From Vitrella brassicaformis CCMP3155 (taxonomy: Eukaryota > Protista > Chromerida), in NCBI GenBank assembly GCA_001179505.1, contig CDMY01000562.1:186001-250000 (forward strand): DNA of 64,000 nt, read 5' to 3'. The notes beneath the pieces are model-generated. The model saw only the letters and a list, made by a program, of their open reading frames with translations, searched no databases and was not told the DNA's origin. Positions 9,864 to 21,585 of this stretch are shown piece after piece. The position numbers were made by a program, and so were the translations under genes. Position 1 is the stretch's first letter. Each line of letters starts with the position of its first letter.

Positions 9864-11388
9864 TCAGATTCTCACGCAACGCAGAGGGTCATGAAAATCG
9901 AATATGTATCGACCATCGCGGGTGAGCTCTTGATACTTGTTGTTCCTCTTCGGCAAGAAACGCTGCCGGATGGCGTCATCAAGAGACTCGGTGAGCATCG
10001 AAGATGGGTCAACTCGAAAGCATGTCACACCTTTGCACTCCTGTTGCTGAAAAGTGAAGATGCCGTGCCTTGCAAGTATTTTGTCAGAAAAGAGCATGGC
10101 GTGTCTCTGCAGATCAACAAGAAGAGGAAAGCCCTCCGGTTCCCTGGGCGGCATTGTGACGGCAAGCGCTTGAAAGCTGCCATGTTCGTAGGGCTCTGAC
10201 ATTCCCCCTCTCCTGGCTTTTCTGCTCGCGGAACTAATATACGCAAGCCCATTTCTTGCGTCCCACCATGGGCATTCATGCTGAATAGAAAAGGCATTAC
10301 AGAAGCCCTCAAGCTCGTTGGGAAGACGGAGGATGAAGCTCATGTTGGCTGCCGGAGGCCCCCATATGCGGTCAACCGTGGAACCGGTGCGATAGCCAAA
10401 GGATCGGAGGCCCACGAAGGAGAGAAAACGCTCCCACAGTAAGGTTGAAGCTATCTCTCCTCTTTCTCTCGGTCCGCAGAAATCAAGAACCTTCCCGATT
10501 GGATACGTCCGTGTTTCTGGATAGTGGTAGAGAGTCAGCAGCTTCCGGCCAACAAAGTTGTCATCCAATGGCGAGAAAGAAACCTCAGCGTTTCTATCAG
10601 CCGTGTCGTCTTGCTTGAGACAATAAGTGATCCTCTTGTTGCTTGCCTCCGGATGCAGCCACATCTTTCTGGTCGTCAAAGTCACCGCAATCGACAGAAG
10701 GCACTGATGTAGGTCAGAGTAACGATGATAGTTGCACACAAACCGCCATGTGTTGCTTTTGAAGTCTCTCTCAGTTGACTTGACAGAGATAGGCAGCCAG
10801 GGAGCATTCCGTGCAGGCCCAGATGGCCGCACAATGATGTCAATTCCGATGTTTTGGTGCTCAGCTGCAAGATATCGCACCTCCAGGCCCTCTCCTGGTG
10901 CGCAGCCCTTATTCCAGTCGTCGACGGCACGCAGGAAGAGAAGCGTCGCGGGTTGCGGTTCTTTCGATATCGAGATTTTTATGCCGCTTCTCGGTCTCAG
11001 GCAGCCTGAGGGTGGCACGTGAAAGGGCGCGCTGCAGATGCTCCAGTGCCAGCCTCACATCGTCCCTGTAACCGACATCCTGCATGCGACGATATCCCTC
11101 TTGATTCATGGCCCACTCCATTGCAAACGGATAAATGACGGGTGCCGACAGGTGTGGTGTCACGATGGCTCCATTGCGGGATGAGGACAGCCGGGCAGGG
11201 GCCGCAGATGGCGACGCGCCGACATCCCGCAAGATAGACGAGGCGATAGCAGAAGGCGCCTCCTCAATTGTTGTTTCTTTGGCGGTTTGCAGGTCTGAGA
11301 GCCTCTCTTTCTTGCTTGGGATAGCCTGCGAGGCACTTGCAAAGCCGCCTTGGACACCCGTGGTCCAGAGAAGCCGCCATGCTGCCAT
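9864..11388 (-). CDS. Intronless hypothetical protein with two PD-(D/E)XK-like modules; frame break near 10950-11000 (possible pseudogene or assembly error)
   Basis: ORF from ATG 11388 (MAAWRLLW..) overlaps ORF 9864-11018 in another frame. Motifs GIDIIVRP..WLPISVKST and TVDRIW..SIQHE..PYEHGSFQAL. Confidence 0.5.
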
Positions 11389-11665
11389 GGCCGGAAGAGT
11401 GCCGATGAATGACCTCCGAGGACGGTGCAGAAGCAGCAGAAAGACGTTTGTGGTGGCCTGCGTGGCAAAGGGCTTAGCACAGAGGCCAGCAGGCGTCGGA
11501 AAAGGGCCATTTCCCGGCAAGACTTGACGCGAGCTTGAAGTTTGGGAGCCTCGACTTAGGGACGTGCGTGAAACCGTGTCGCTGAATAGCTGAGGTGGTG
11601 GACTCGGAGGTGCCGGAGGCGCTGCTGGGGGAGCGGTGTCCGCAGCGAGGGCTCAACGGTAGATC

Positions 11666-13150
11666 ATGTTTGGAGGGACGGCGCCAGCAGAGGCACCGGC
11701 CGCCAAGGTAGCCGAATATGACTACAAGTTCAAGTGTGAGCAAAAAAGCACACAGAAAGACGCTGCACAATTGCAACGCCAAATGCCTTTCCTTGTCCTT
11801 GTCTGATCTGCGCCGTGTGGCTTCCCCTCATCGCCAGTGGTGCTCATCGGTAGGCGGGCGCCAAGAAGCCCAAGCATCCTTTGCTATCTTTGTGTGTTGC
11901 CACTATGTGTGTGTGCAGGTGAGAGGGATGTGGGGAAGACCTTTTTGCTGCGGCGCTATATCGCAGGTGGGTGTAGTGTGTTCTCTTTTTGCTGACGGCC
12001 GGCACCTTGCTGCCTGTGTGTGACTCATGGCTGCCTGCCTTCAGGCGATGCTGCCGAGCGTCCCACGACTACTCTTGGTACGGACTATCAGAGCAAGACC
12101 ATAGTCCTCAAAAACGGGGCCAGACTCAGGGCGCAGATATGGTGAGTCAGTTTTGTGTGAGAGGGAAAGAGGGCCTTCCCATGGATGGCGTCACGTCACG
12201 TCACGTCACGCGCCTGTCGTCCCTGTGTTGTGTGTGGTGTTTGGACCTGCAGGGATACGGCTGGTCAGGAGCGGTACAAGGCTCTCACCACGGGATTCTT
12301 TCGAAAAGCCGAAGGTGAGACCTCCCCCCGTCCTAAGGCAGACACTCCCTGTCTGTCTGTCTGTGTCTGTCTGTCTGTGTGTGTTGTCCAGGCGCCTTGC
12401 TGGTTTTTGACCTCACTCGACGGGATACCTTCCTTAAGGTAAGTACACATCCGCCCTTATGCGTCTGTCTGCCATGGTGTGTGTGTGCGTGTGTGTGTGT
12501 ATGTTGTGGTGTCTGTACAGTGTTCGGCGTGGCTGGAGGCGCTGGAGCGGTACGCGGATGCCGACTGCCAGATCTTCCTGGTCGGCAACAAGCTAGACCT
12601 CGTCCAGGCCGACCCCTCGCTCAGAGAAATATCCACCGACGAGGCGCAAAAGTCAGTCAGTCATTCAGCCAGCCAGTCAGCGAGCCCACACCAAACCGCA
12701 GGCACAACCAGTGGGCGCGTGTTCGTTCGTTCGTTTGACTGATTGGTTGTATGTATGTGTGTGTGCAGGTTTGCGGTCGATAAGGATGTGGAGTACGTCG
12801 AGACCTCCGCCGAGACCTCACACAACGTCAACAGCTCATTCGAAGACCTAATGGCATGTACGCGGACGCACCATACCACACCACACCACAGCCACAGCCA
12901 GCCTCCCGGCTCGACGAGTGTCCGTGTGCGGTGTGTGTGTTGCTCTCTCTGTTCTGCAGACGTGTACACGGCCCAGGTAGAGGCCAACGACGACTCGACT
13001 GGCGACACCAAGGCGTCTTACGACGGGCAGGGGTCGAAGGGCGGGTTCTTCTCCCTCTCCCGCACTCAGACCAAGGCGGGCTCCATCTCGCTCACCGGAG
13101 GGGCGGATGCCGGTGGACCCACACAGACATGCGGCGGGTGTGCGGGCTGA
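11666..13150 (+). CDS. Rab GTPase, divergent Rab11B-like, multi-exon
   Basis: Spliced: EYDYKFK-LVLIG-ERDVGKTFLLRRY..TTTLGTDY..AQIW-DTAGQERY..GALLVFDLT..LVGNKLDLVQADPSLR..VETSA..CGGCAG*. G1-G5 boxes are present. LVGNKxDLVxxDPSxR resembles alveolate Rab11B (from memory). Confidence 0.9.
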
Positions 13151-13354
13151 CTGAGTGGAGCAGAGCATATGGCATGGGTGGTGGGTTCGTGGGGGGTTGA
13201 TGTCTCATGTATCTCTATATCTCTATGTCTCTGTTGGTCAGTCCGTCTGTCAGTCATTCGGTGAGTGAGTGAGTGTTTTGCGTGGCCTTTTATAATTCAA
13301 AAGTGGTTCAAAAGTGATTGTATTGGTACGTCTACACCTGCGTGAGGGTGAGGG

Positions 13355-13601
13355 TGTGGGGGGGGCGAGGGAGTGCGTGGGCGACAGGTTTGTCTCGCTG
13401 TACATGAATCGAATCAATGACATTACGCTGATGCATATGGCTGTTAGTTATATATACGGGTGAGGTGGCTGATTGCCTTGCCGTGTGCAGAGCTGCTGAT
13501 GGTGAAGCCAAAACTGTATGATGTGATGTTGTGTGTGCATGAATTGTGTCTGCACGACAGAGAGAATGACCTACAGATGGATGCTCAATCACATGTGGAT
13601 G
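13355..13601 (+). repeat. Direct repeat unit A, left copy (carries an ~85-bp insertion)
   Basis: tgtggggggggcgagggagtg..ggtgaggtg(g/a)ctgattgcc..gaattgtgtctgcacgacagagagaatgacctacagatggatgctcaatcacatgtggatg recurs in the same orientation at 22783-22967. Confidence 0.9.
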
Positions 13602-13695
13602 TGTCTACGCCTGAGTGCCCCGGGGACGTCCCCCCTGCCCCGACCACACGAAGGAAAAATGTCCCAGTGGATGACGAACAAGAGAAGCAAACTTG

Positions 13696-14059
13696 TATGC
13701 CATCCCCATTGCGCTTTGGCACAGACAGCCAACACCTCTCCCAATGCCCAACGGCAGGCAGAGTCTGTCGGTGTCTCATGAAATGAACTGCGTCAATCGA
13801 CTCGACCAACCCTCAATCATGCGACAAACATGCCAGCCAGCACCATCTTCAGCGCCCGGCTGACGTATGTATCTTCCAGCGGCGCGGCCCACCACGAACA
13901 CACATCCTCGCACTATGCGCCAACGCAACAGACAGACAGACAGACGAGAGACGAGCAAGAATTGACCTAATCACCTGGCTATACGACTTGTCTGCCCACG
14001 GAGCCTTGGTGCGCAGCTTCTCTCTCTACCAGGCGGCTGAAAAAAAACTCTCCCAATCA
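13696..14059 (+). repeat. Repeat B, partial copy B1
   Basis: Near-identical to 14865-15205 (gacagccaacacctctcccaatgcccaacggcaggcagagtctgtcggtgtctcatgaaatgaactgcg..ctaccaggcggctgaaaaaa) and reverse-complementary to about 22415-22782. Confidence 0.92.
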
Positions 14060-14864
14060 CTGCCAGCATCACATATGAAGAAAAAAGACAACGCAGCAAA
14101 TCCCCTCCCTCCCTCCCTCCCTCCCATGTATGTGTGTATGTGTGTATGTGTGTATGTGTGTATGTATGTATATCAGCACTGCGGTACGCACACATGTCAG
14201 TGAAGGCAGCTTTCGGTGAATGAGTTGTCAGACAACTCAGTGCACTTTACTTCATCGCATTCATCCATCCATCCGTTCAGGCCGCATCGGTCCACCCGCC
14301 CCTGTGTGAAGGTTGTGTGTGCGCAGACACCCCATCAGATGCATCCCGCCACTTCCATGGAAGCCTCACTGTGTATGCGTGTGTCACCAGAGCGTAGGCA
14401 GACAGACAGCCAGACAGACAGACAGACGAAGTCGCTGGCCCGTGTCACAGACAAACAGACGCAGCAAATACGAACACATGACAGACAGACAGACAGACAG
14501 AGAGAGAGAGAGAGAGAGGGACGAGTAGACAGACGTGCGCGTACGATCGATTACCACACACACAAATGTATACATAGGTATATGTATATATATGTTTGTA
14601 CGTACAGAGCAGTACACACTTACGTACATGATCGCATATGTGAGCCACATGAATATTCATGGCCAATGTGTTTGTCAGTCAGTCAGTCGGGCAGATGGCC
14701 GGACGAGCAGAGATGGACTGGACACACAGCACCCCTCCCTCACCTCCCCCGCCTCTTGTGTGTGTGTGTATCCTCTGGGTGTGTACGGATGGATGTGTAT
14801 CAGCAATGCGGCACGCACACACACACAGAGACACTCAGACACTCAGACAGTCAGACAGAGGAAA

Positions 14865-16017
14865 GGCACGACAGCCAACACCTCTCCCAATGCCCAACGG
14901 CAGGCAGAGTCTGTCGGTGTCTCATGAAATGAACTGCGTCAATCGACTCGACCAGCCCTCAATCATGCGACAAACATGCCAGCCAGCACCATCTTCAGCG
15001 CCCGGCTGGCGTATGTATCTTCCAGCGGCGCCGCCCACCACGCACACACATCCTCGCACTACGCGCCAACGCAACAGACAGACAGACACACAGACAGACG
15101 AGCAAGAACCGACCTAATCACCTGGCTATACGACTTGTCTGCCCACGGAGCCTTGGTGCGCAGCTTCTCTCTCTACCAGGCGGCTGAAAAAACCCTCCCC
15201 CAATCAATGACTGCACTAGAGAGACCCTGTAATCCCGTGAAAAAGATCGGCCGATGGCACACAGCACATCGACATATACACCGCCTAGATCGAGCCATCC
15301 CAATTATCTCTGTGGGCCAGCCAACACGCCGCATGTGTCGGGCCATCCCTATGTGCGGGCGGCGGTCTCTCCGCGAAAAGCCCACGAACGAAAAAGGAAA
15401 AAGATGGACGTATGCATGTATGTATGTCGACGTACGTGATGCACACACACGACACGAACACGTGCAGATAGATAGACCACCGTCAACCTCCCCACTCACT
15501 GCGTCAACAGACAGACAGACAGACAGACAGCCAGCGGCGCTGCCTGACTCACTGACTGACTGACTTACAAAAGACCAGCCATCAATAATGGAAGCAGCAA
15601 AACCGACACATCCATCCCAGGCGATCAACAGGCGTACATGACATGCAGCCAGACATGACCCGTTCGTTCATTCGTCAGTCCATTTACTGCGTGGCCTCAC
15701 GACTGACTGCACGGGGGCCGCAGCAGCTTGAACCAACGAACGAACGAAGGCGGTGGCGGTGCACCGACAAAACGGCACGCACGTCCAAAAAGGGTACGTT
15801 GTGCATGGTATCAGGCACGCTCGACGGCCGGGCGTCACGCATGTGTGAATTCATTTGTATGTATGCCGGTGTACGCAGTATCCACATACGTAGGTATATA
15901 TGCCCCAAAGAGAGGGCAAAAAGCGCGCGGCGGCCATGACTCATGGCCGGCCGGCATCCCACACATGCAATGCAGTCAGCACCCAACCGACCAGCGAATG
16001 AATGGCCTCTCAAACAT
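14865..16017 (+). repeat. Repeat B, long copy B2: left arm of the ~1.15-kb inverted repeat
   Basis: Reverse complement of 21586-22745; for example 15181-15300 matches the reverse complement of 22321-22440 with scattered mismatches. Homology ends at ggcctctcaaacat (16017). Confidence 0.95.
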
Positions 16018-16271
16018 ATGGACAATTCGCAGACAGGCAGACATATAGACACAAACACACAAACACTCACACAGGCATGGCTTGCCTCAAAAAAACGTGA
16101 GTGCAGCCCACACGCAGACACAGGTGCGTGTGTGCACACACGTAGACACATGGACACACGGACACACATACACGCGACCATGCAGGGGGAGTGGCGCAAA
16201 GATGACAGTCCACACCGCTCCAATCCCACACACACGACCCGCCTATAGCTCACAACCAGCCACTAGTCACC

Positions 16272-18069
16272 TCAGACGGATGGCGACAGGGGGGTGTCGA
16301 CGTCCATGTCGTGCATGAACGGCACGCCCGTCCTCTCGCTGTGCGGCGTGCCGTTGTCGGCATGCGTCAGGATCGGTGTCACCTGGTGGGTAATCACGGC
16401 CTTCTTGACCAGGTGGTCCACGCCGCTCACCAGAGGTGCGTCGTGTGTGGGCTTGGGTGTGTGGGAGGGGGCGGGATTGACTACTTGGTTGTCGAGCCAC
16501 TGGTGGTCTGGCGTCTGGCCGTCGAAGGAGGCGATGTTGCCGATGGTCGTCTTGGCAATCGCCTCGAGGGCCTCGTAGGTGAAGAACGCCTTCACGCACA
16601 CGCAGAGAGAGAAAGAGGTAGATTGGACATGAGCATGGCTGTTGATTGGATGGTTAGGTACCTGGTGTGCGGTGACGAGTACGTTTGGGAATGTGAGTAG
16701 TCGCGCAATGACGTCGTCCTGGATGACCTCGTTGGACCAGTCCTCGAAGAACAGCTGAGCCTCGCCCTCGTACACATCAATCGCCAGACCACCAACCTGC
16801 ACACACACGGATACACGAGTGGACCATGACCATGTGACATACACATTCACTCTGTGAGCACCTTCTTCGACTTGAGTGCTTCGATCATGTCCTTGCTGTT
16901 GATCACCGGCCCTGAACACGCGCGCGCGCGGGCGCGATGCGCACACACACGGACATGCATGACGCAGGCAGCGTGTGGCGACTACCTGCGGATGGTGCGT
17001 ACCTCTAGACGTGTTGATAATGATGACGCCGGTCTTCATCTGTCCGATGGTCTTGTGGTCGATGAGGTGGCGGCTCTCGGCCGTGAGGGGGCAGTGCAGG
17101 GAGATGACGTCAGACGCCGCCAGTAGCTCGACCATCGGCGCATAACTCCCGCCGATTTTCTCGAATTCGGCGTCCGGGTACGGATCACTTCCTGCAGTTA
17201 GGCACAAGTGCATGCATCCATGCGTGCGATCAAGCAGCCCTTTCCGTGCCGTCAGGTGGCTGACCCAGTATGTTGGCACCGAACCCACTGCATATGCGAG
17301 CAGTGAGGCATCCGATCTTGCCCGTCCCGATGAATCCGAACGTCTTGCCTGACATGACACACGCGCACACGCATTCGTCCAGGGCACTGTGTGTCGCTGT
17401 GTGTGTGTATGTGTACCGTTGAAGTCCATGCCCTCCAAACCGTCCAGCGTGAAGTTGCGGTCACGCACACCTACAAACAGACACAGACATGCACACACAT
17501 ACCGACACTCAGATCGATCGTGCGTACGGTTGAAAGCCCGATGGAGGTTTCGATTGAGGCAGAGCATGAGGCCCACAGCGTGCTCCGCGACGGCGTGTGG
17601 CGAGTAGGCCGGCACACGGGTCACAGTGATGTTGCACCGCTCCGCGGCCGCCAGGTCCACTGAATGGACAGGACAAGAAAGAGCATTGCACAGAGACTGG
17701 GAGGGGTGCGCTGCGTTGTCTGTCCATTCTACCTCACCGTTGTTGAAGCCCGCGCACCTCAATGCGACCTGTCTGACGCCCATTTTGTTGAGCTCCTCGA
17801 CGACGGCCGCGTCCACCTCGTCGTTGATGAACACACAGACGGCGTGGCAACCCTTTGCAAGACCAGCTGTCGCCTACCCATGAAGAGAGCACACACCAGA
17901 CACACGTGTGTCTGCCTGGCTGTCTGTCTGTCTGATATATCCATCCCACTTGTGTGAGTCTTGCGTTGATGAATTCGAAGTCGATGTCATGGTGGTTGTG
18001 TGCGGTGAAAGATGCCTTGTCGTAGTCCTTGGCCGAGAAGAAAGCCACCTTGCACGGGCTGCTCGCCAT
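16272..18069 (-). CDS. ldhA: NAD-dependent D-lactate dehydrogenase, LdhA-like D-2-hydroxyacid dehydrogenase, 8 introns
   Basis: Spliced: KVAFFSAKDYDK..VCVFINDE..VALRCAGFNN-VDL..RVPAYSPHAVAEHAVG..GKTFGFIGTGKIG..DVISLHCPLT..IINTSR-G..IDVYEGE..FFED..NVLVTAHQ-AFFT. Colinear with E. coli LdhA motifs as I recall them. An in-frame N-terminal extension to about 18160 is possible. Confidence 0.95.
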
Positions 18070-18492
18070 GGTGCTGCTGCTGCTGCTGCCCTGCTGAGAG
18101 GGCAGGCAGTCGTAAGGCCGCACGAAGAAGTCACGCTCTATGTGCTGCAGGGAAGTCTCCATGATCTCTTGGTGATTCTGCACACACGCACACAGGAGGG
18201 AGGGAGAGAAAGTGATGGCATGCTTGACGTCGGCCAGTCAGCGCATCATGCACTGGGGCACACCCGAAGCTTGATGACGGATGAGGGAAGATCGACAAAC
18301 GATGCAAACAGCTGGATGAGGTCTGATTGACCCTGCGAGGGATGCGGGCGTCTCGGCGTCTCTCTTTCCCATTCCCAAGCGTCAATTTGGGAAACTTCGT
18401 ATTGGGACGTTGATGAGGGCAACCGACAGATCCCGAGCTTCATGTGATAGTTCACCAGCCGTCAGCAGCACTCACCCATGCCCTTCAAGATA
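18070..18492. promoter_or_regulatory. Putative bidirectional promoter and 5' UTRs of the ldhA-lctP pair
   Basis: 423 bp between divergent start codons 18069 (-) and 18493 (+), largely free of the microsatellites seen elsewhere. Confidence 0.6.
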
Positions 18493-19029
18493 ATGGAAGC
18501 AGAGAATGCCGTCGCTTTCCAATGGATGGCGAACTCGCCTGCAGCACAGGTCGGTGCATCATGATTGCTTGGCGGGACTCGAATGCATGAACGCGCGCTT
18601 GTCTTGCAGACGGTGTTCTATCTGGCGCCCATCGCGTTCTTGTTGGCGACGCTCAAGCCCTGGGGCAAGCATGGTGTGCCCAGCCAGAAGTCGCTGCCAA
18701 TCAGCGCCCTCCTGCGTAAGCACTGCAGTGAACTGCACTGGTGCACTGCACTGCACTGAACACTCTCGGCGACGTGCGTTGTGTGTTGTGCAATGGTTGG
18801 TTGGTTGCAGTGTATCTGATCCGGCTGGTGTTGATGCGTGGCATCGACTACGACACGCCCAACGTGCTTCACGCGGCGATAGTGTCGGGCCTGCTGGACG
18901 TCATGACGCCAGTCAGCATTATCTTCGGGGCCATCTTGCTCTTCCGAACAATGAGCGAAACCCAATGCATGTACGTGCGTACGTGACGTGGGTAGGGAAC
19001 GCGCAGGGAGGACATGCAACGCGATCTGT

Positions 19030-19067
<38 letters not shown>

Positions 19068-21299
19068 GTTGCAGGAGTTGGGTTGTGGCGATGCTCCATG
19101 ATCTGTCCAGTCAGCACCCTGTGGCCGAGGTAATGCCACAAAAAGTACCCCAGCAGCTGGCTGCATCTCATATGTGTTGTGTGTATGACCCATCTAGGTG
19201 ATGCTCATCGGCTGGGGCTTTGGGTACATCGTCGAAGGTGCGTCGGGATTCGGCACGCCTGTGGCTCTCGCGGCCCCAATATTGGCGGAGCTCGGCCACG
19301 ACCCCATCAAGTCGGTCGTCTGCTGCCTCATCATGAACGGAATCCCAAGTGAGATGTGTGCCATCCATCCACCATTCACTGCTTGCCTCATGTTTTCGCG
19401 TGTGCAGACCCGTTTGGTGCTGTTGGCACTCCCGTGTGGTTTGGATTCTCTGCTGTGGCTGGGCATGGCGACACGTACTTCCCAGTCATCGCACAAAAAA
19501 CCCAGACGCTCGTCCTGGTGTGCACCCTTGTGGTCCCCTTCACGGCCGTCATGGTGCTGGTACGCACGCCATATCACACTACAGCACACCACACCAGGAC
19601 AGTGGGTCATGTATGTCTATGTAGGTGCCTCCCAAGGTCTGTCTGAGAAACGCGGGTTTCATCGTGCTGTCATGTCTGGCGTGTGGCGTGCCCAGCTATG
19701 CGCTCACATGGGCGCCAAACCCACTCTTCGAGTTCGCGTCGCTCATCGGCGGGATTGTGGGTACGCACCGCACACACACGCGCGCACATCCATCCCTCTG
19801 TGCGTACGTACGTGCGTGTGCAGGTTTTGCGCTGATCATGGTGCTGATCTACAACAGAGTGTTGCTGTTCCCCGACCACCCCCCAAAGTCAGCCAGCTCT
19901 TGCCGGCCCCCAGGCGGCCTCCGTCAATGCGACTTGAGGCCAGCAATGGTCATTCGCCGCGCCAACAGTGTCGACAAGCTCTCTCAGGAGACGACGTCGA
20001 CAAACGATGACTGGGTCATTGAGGCGCCGCCCGCGGAGGTCACGCCTGGGCCGACCATGGACACGGCGTACGGACCTCTTCAAACGTATGGCATGGAGGT
20101 GGCCATCGTGATGACGAGGGACCAGCCCGTGCAATGTGACAGTATGGGGCCGCACCAACACGGGTGGGTGTTGTTTGGGCGGCCTGAGATCGCCCGCATG
20201 ATGAGCGACGCGGAGGGTGCGCTGCCGTGCGAGCCGTCACTGGTGTCGATTGGGCGTGTGGAGGCGCGCAAGACTATGTGGGGGCGGCTGTTTGTCGCCG
20301 CTGAGAACACCTTTCCTATCTGGGGCTGTGTCGTGCTACTCATTCTGACGCGCGTGAGGGGCATTGGGCTCAAGCAGGCACTTACCGCAGAAGAGCCGTA
20401 TGCAGAGGTACACATATGCGTGATGATCGATCTTCCAGTGCGTACGTGCGTGTGCGCGTGATGCAGGTGTCGTTGGGCCGTCTCGGAGCGTTTCGCGTCA
20501 GTGCGTCCCTGTCGCTCTTCCTGCGCGACATTCTCGCCCAGCCAGGCATTCACTGGCGGTTCCAGACGCTCTACGTGCCGGCGGTCATCCCCTTCGTGGT
20601 CATATCCCTCCTCACCATGGCACTGCACCGCAATCGGCTCCAAGCGTCGCCACTCGCCATTTTCGCCCAGACAGCCGCCAGACTCAGAGGCCCCATTATT
20701 GCGCTTGCCGGCGCCATGGCGCTCGTGAATCTGCTGCGGAGGTCATCTGAGGGGCTGGTGTCTCCCGCGACTAAGATCGGGGGTACGTTGTCTCGTGGTC
20801 TGGGCGTCGGGTGGGTCGTCGTGGCCCCTGTGCTTGGCGCGCTCGGGAGTTTTTTCTCTGGGTCGACGACGGTGTCCAACCTGACGTTTGGCGATATCCA
20901 GCGAGTAGCAGCAGAGCAACTGGTATGTGCATGTGTGCAGACAGGCATGCATGCAGCAATGGATTAATATGGTTGGTGTGTGTCGTGTGTCAGGGGTTCT
21001 CGGTATCATCCTTTCTGGCCCTCCAATGTATGGGCGGGGCGCTCGGCAACATGGTGAGCAGTGAATGGCCATCATTCATGGTCCACATGACAACAGAAAA
21101 ACGTCTGTCTGTCTGTCTGTGTGTCGGTCAGATTTGCATCCACAACATTCTGGCCGCGAAGACCGTCCTTGGTCTGGATGTGCCCGAGGGGGAATTCATC
21201 AAGAAGACGGCCGTGCCGGCAGCCGTCTACTACATGCTGGGCCTGGCACTCGGTGCGGCGCTCATCTTCACTACTGCCTGGTGGGGCGCCATCGACTGA
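18493..21299 (+). CDS. lctP: Lactate/glycolate permease, LctP family, 10 introns
   Basis: Spliced: MLIGWGFGYIVEGASGFGTPVALAAPIL..LIMNGIP-NPFGAVGTPVW..LGALGSFFSGSTTVSNLTFG..QCMGGALGNM-ICIHNILAA. These are LctP signature motifs with many TM segments. Confidence 0.93.
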
Positions 21300-21585
21300 C
21301 TTAGACAGACAGACAGATAGCCGTCCGTCTTTGGATGTGTTTCGTTGATAACATGGACAGCTGTGGTCGGTCGTGTGAGCGTGGGTGTAGGTAGGTTGCG
21401 CATGTACCTTTATGCGTGCGTGCGTGCGGTGCTTGTTCGTGTCGGTTGTTCGGGCCTCGTGTTCTGTCCACATGCCGATCTTTTTATCCACGTACAGTCA
21501 GTGTGTGGACTGCAAGCGGTCGTGTTATGTGGTCCTCTTTTCACGCGCGTGTATGCATATGCTGCGTACAGACGTCATGTTCTGG

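Noticed and set aside
11006-11018. 13-nt micro-intron (gtgccaccctcag) that would repair the frame of the nuclease-like gene
   Set aside because: Far shorter than the other introns in the window (those I measured are about 65 nt or longer) and the donor is weak.
14976-15563. 195-aa ORF (and shorter ORFs) within repeat B as a possible transposase or cargo gene
   Set aside because: The right-arm copy is frameshifted (22432-22635), the ORF runs through (ACAG)n microsatellites, and it shows no DDE, tyrosine-recombinase or RT motifs.
16272-21299. Bacterial contamination or a very recent operon transfer
   Set aside because: Both genes carry 8-10 canonical spliceosomal introns with the host's microsatellite style, and they are divergent rather than operonic.
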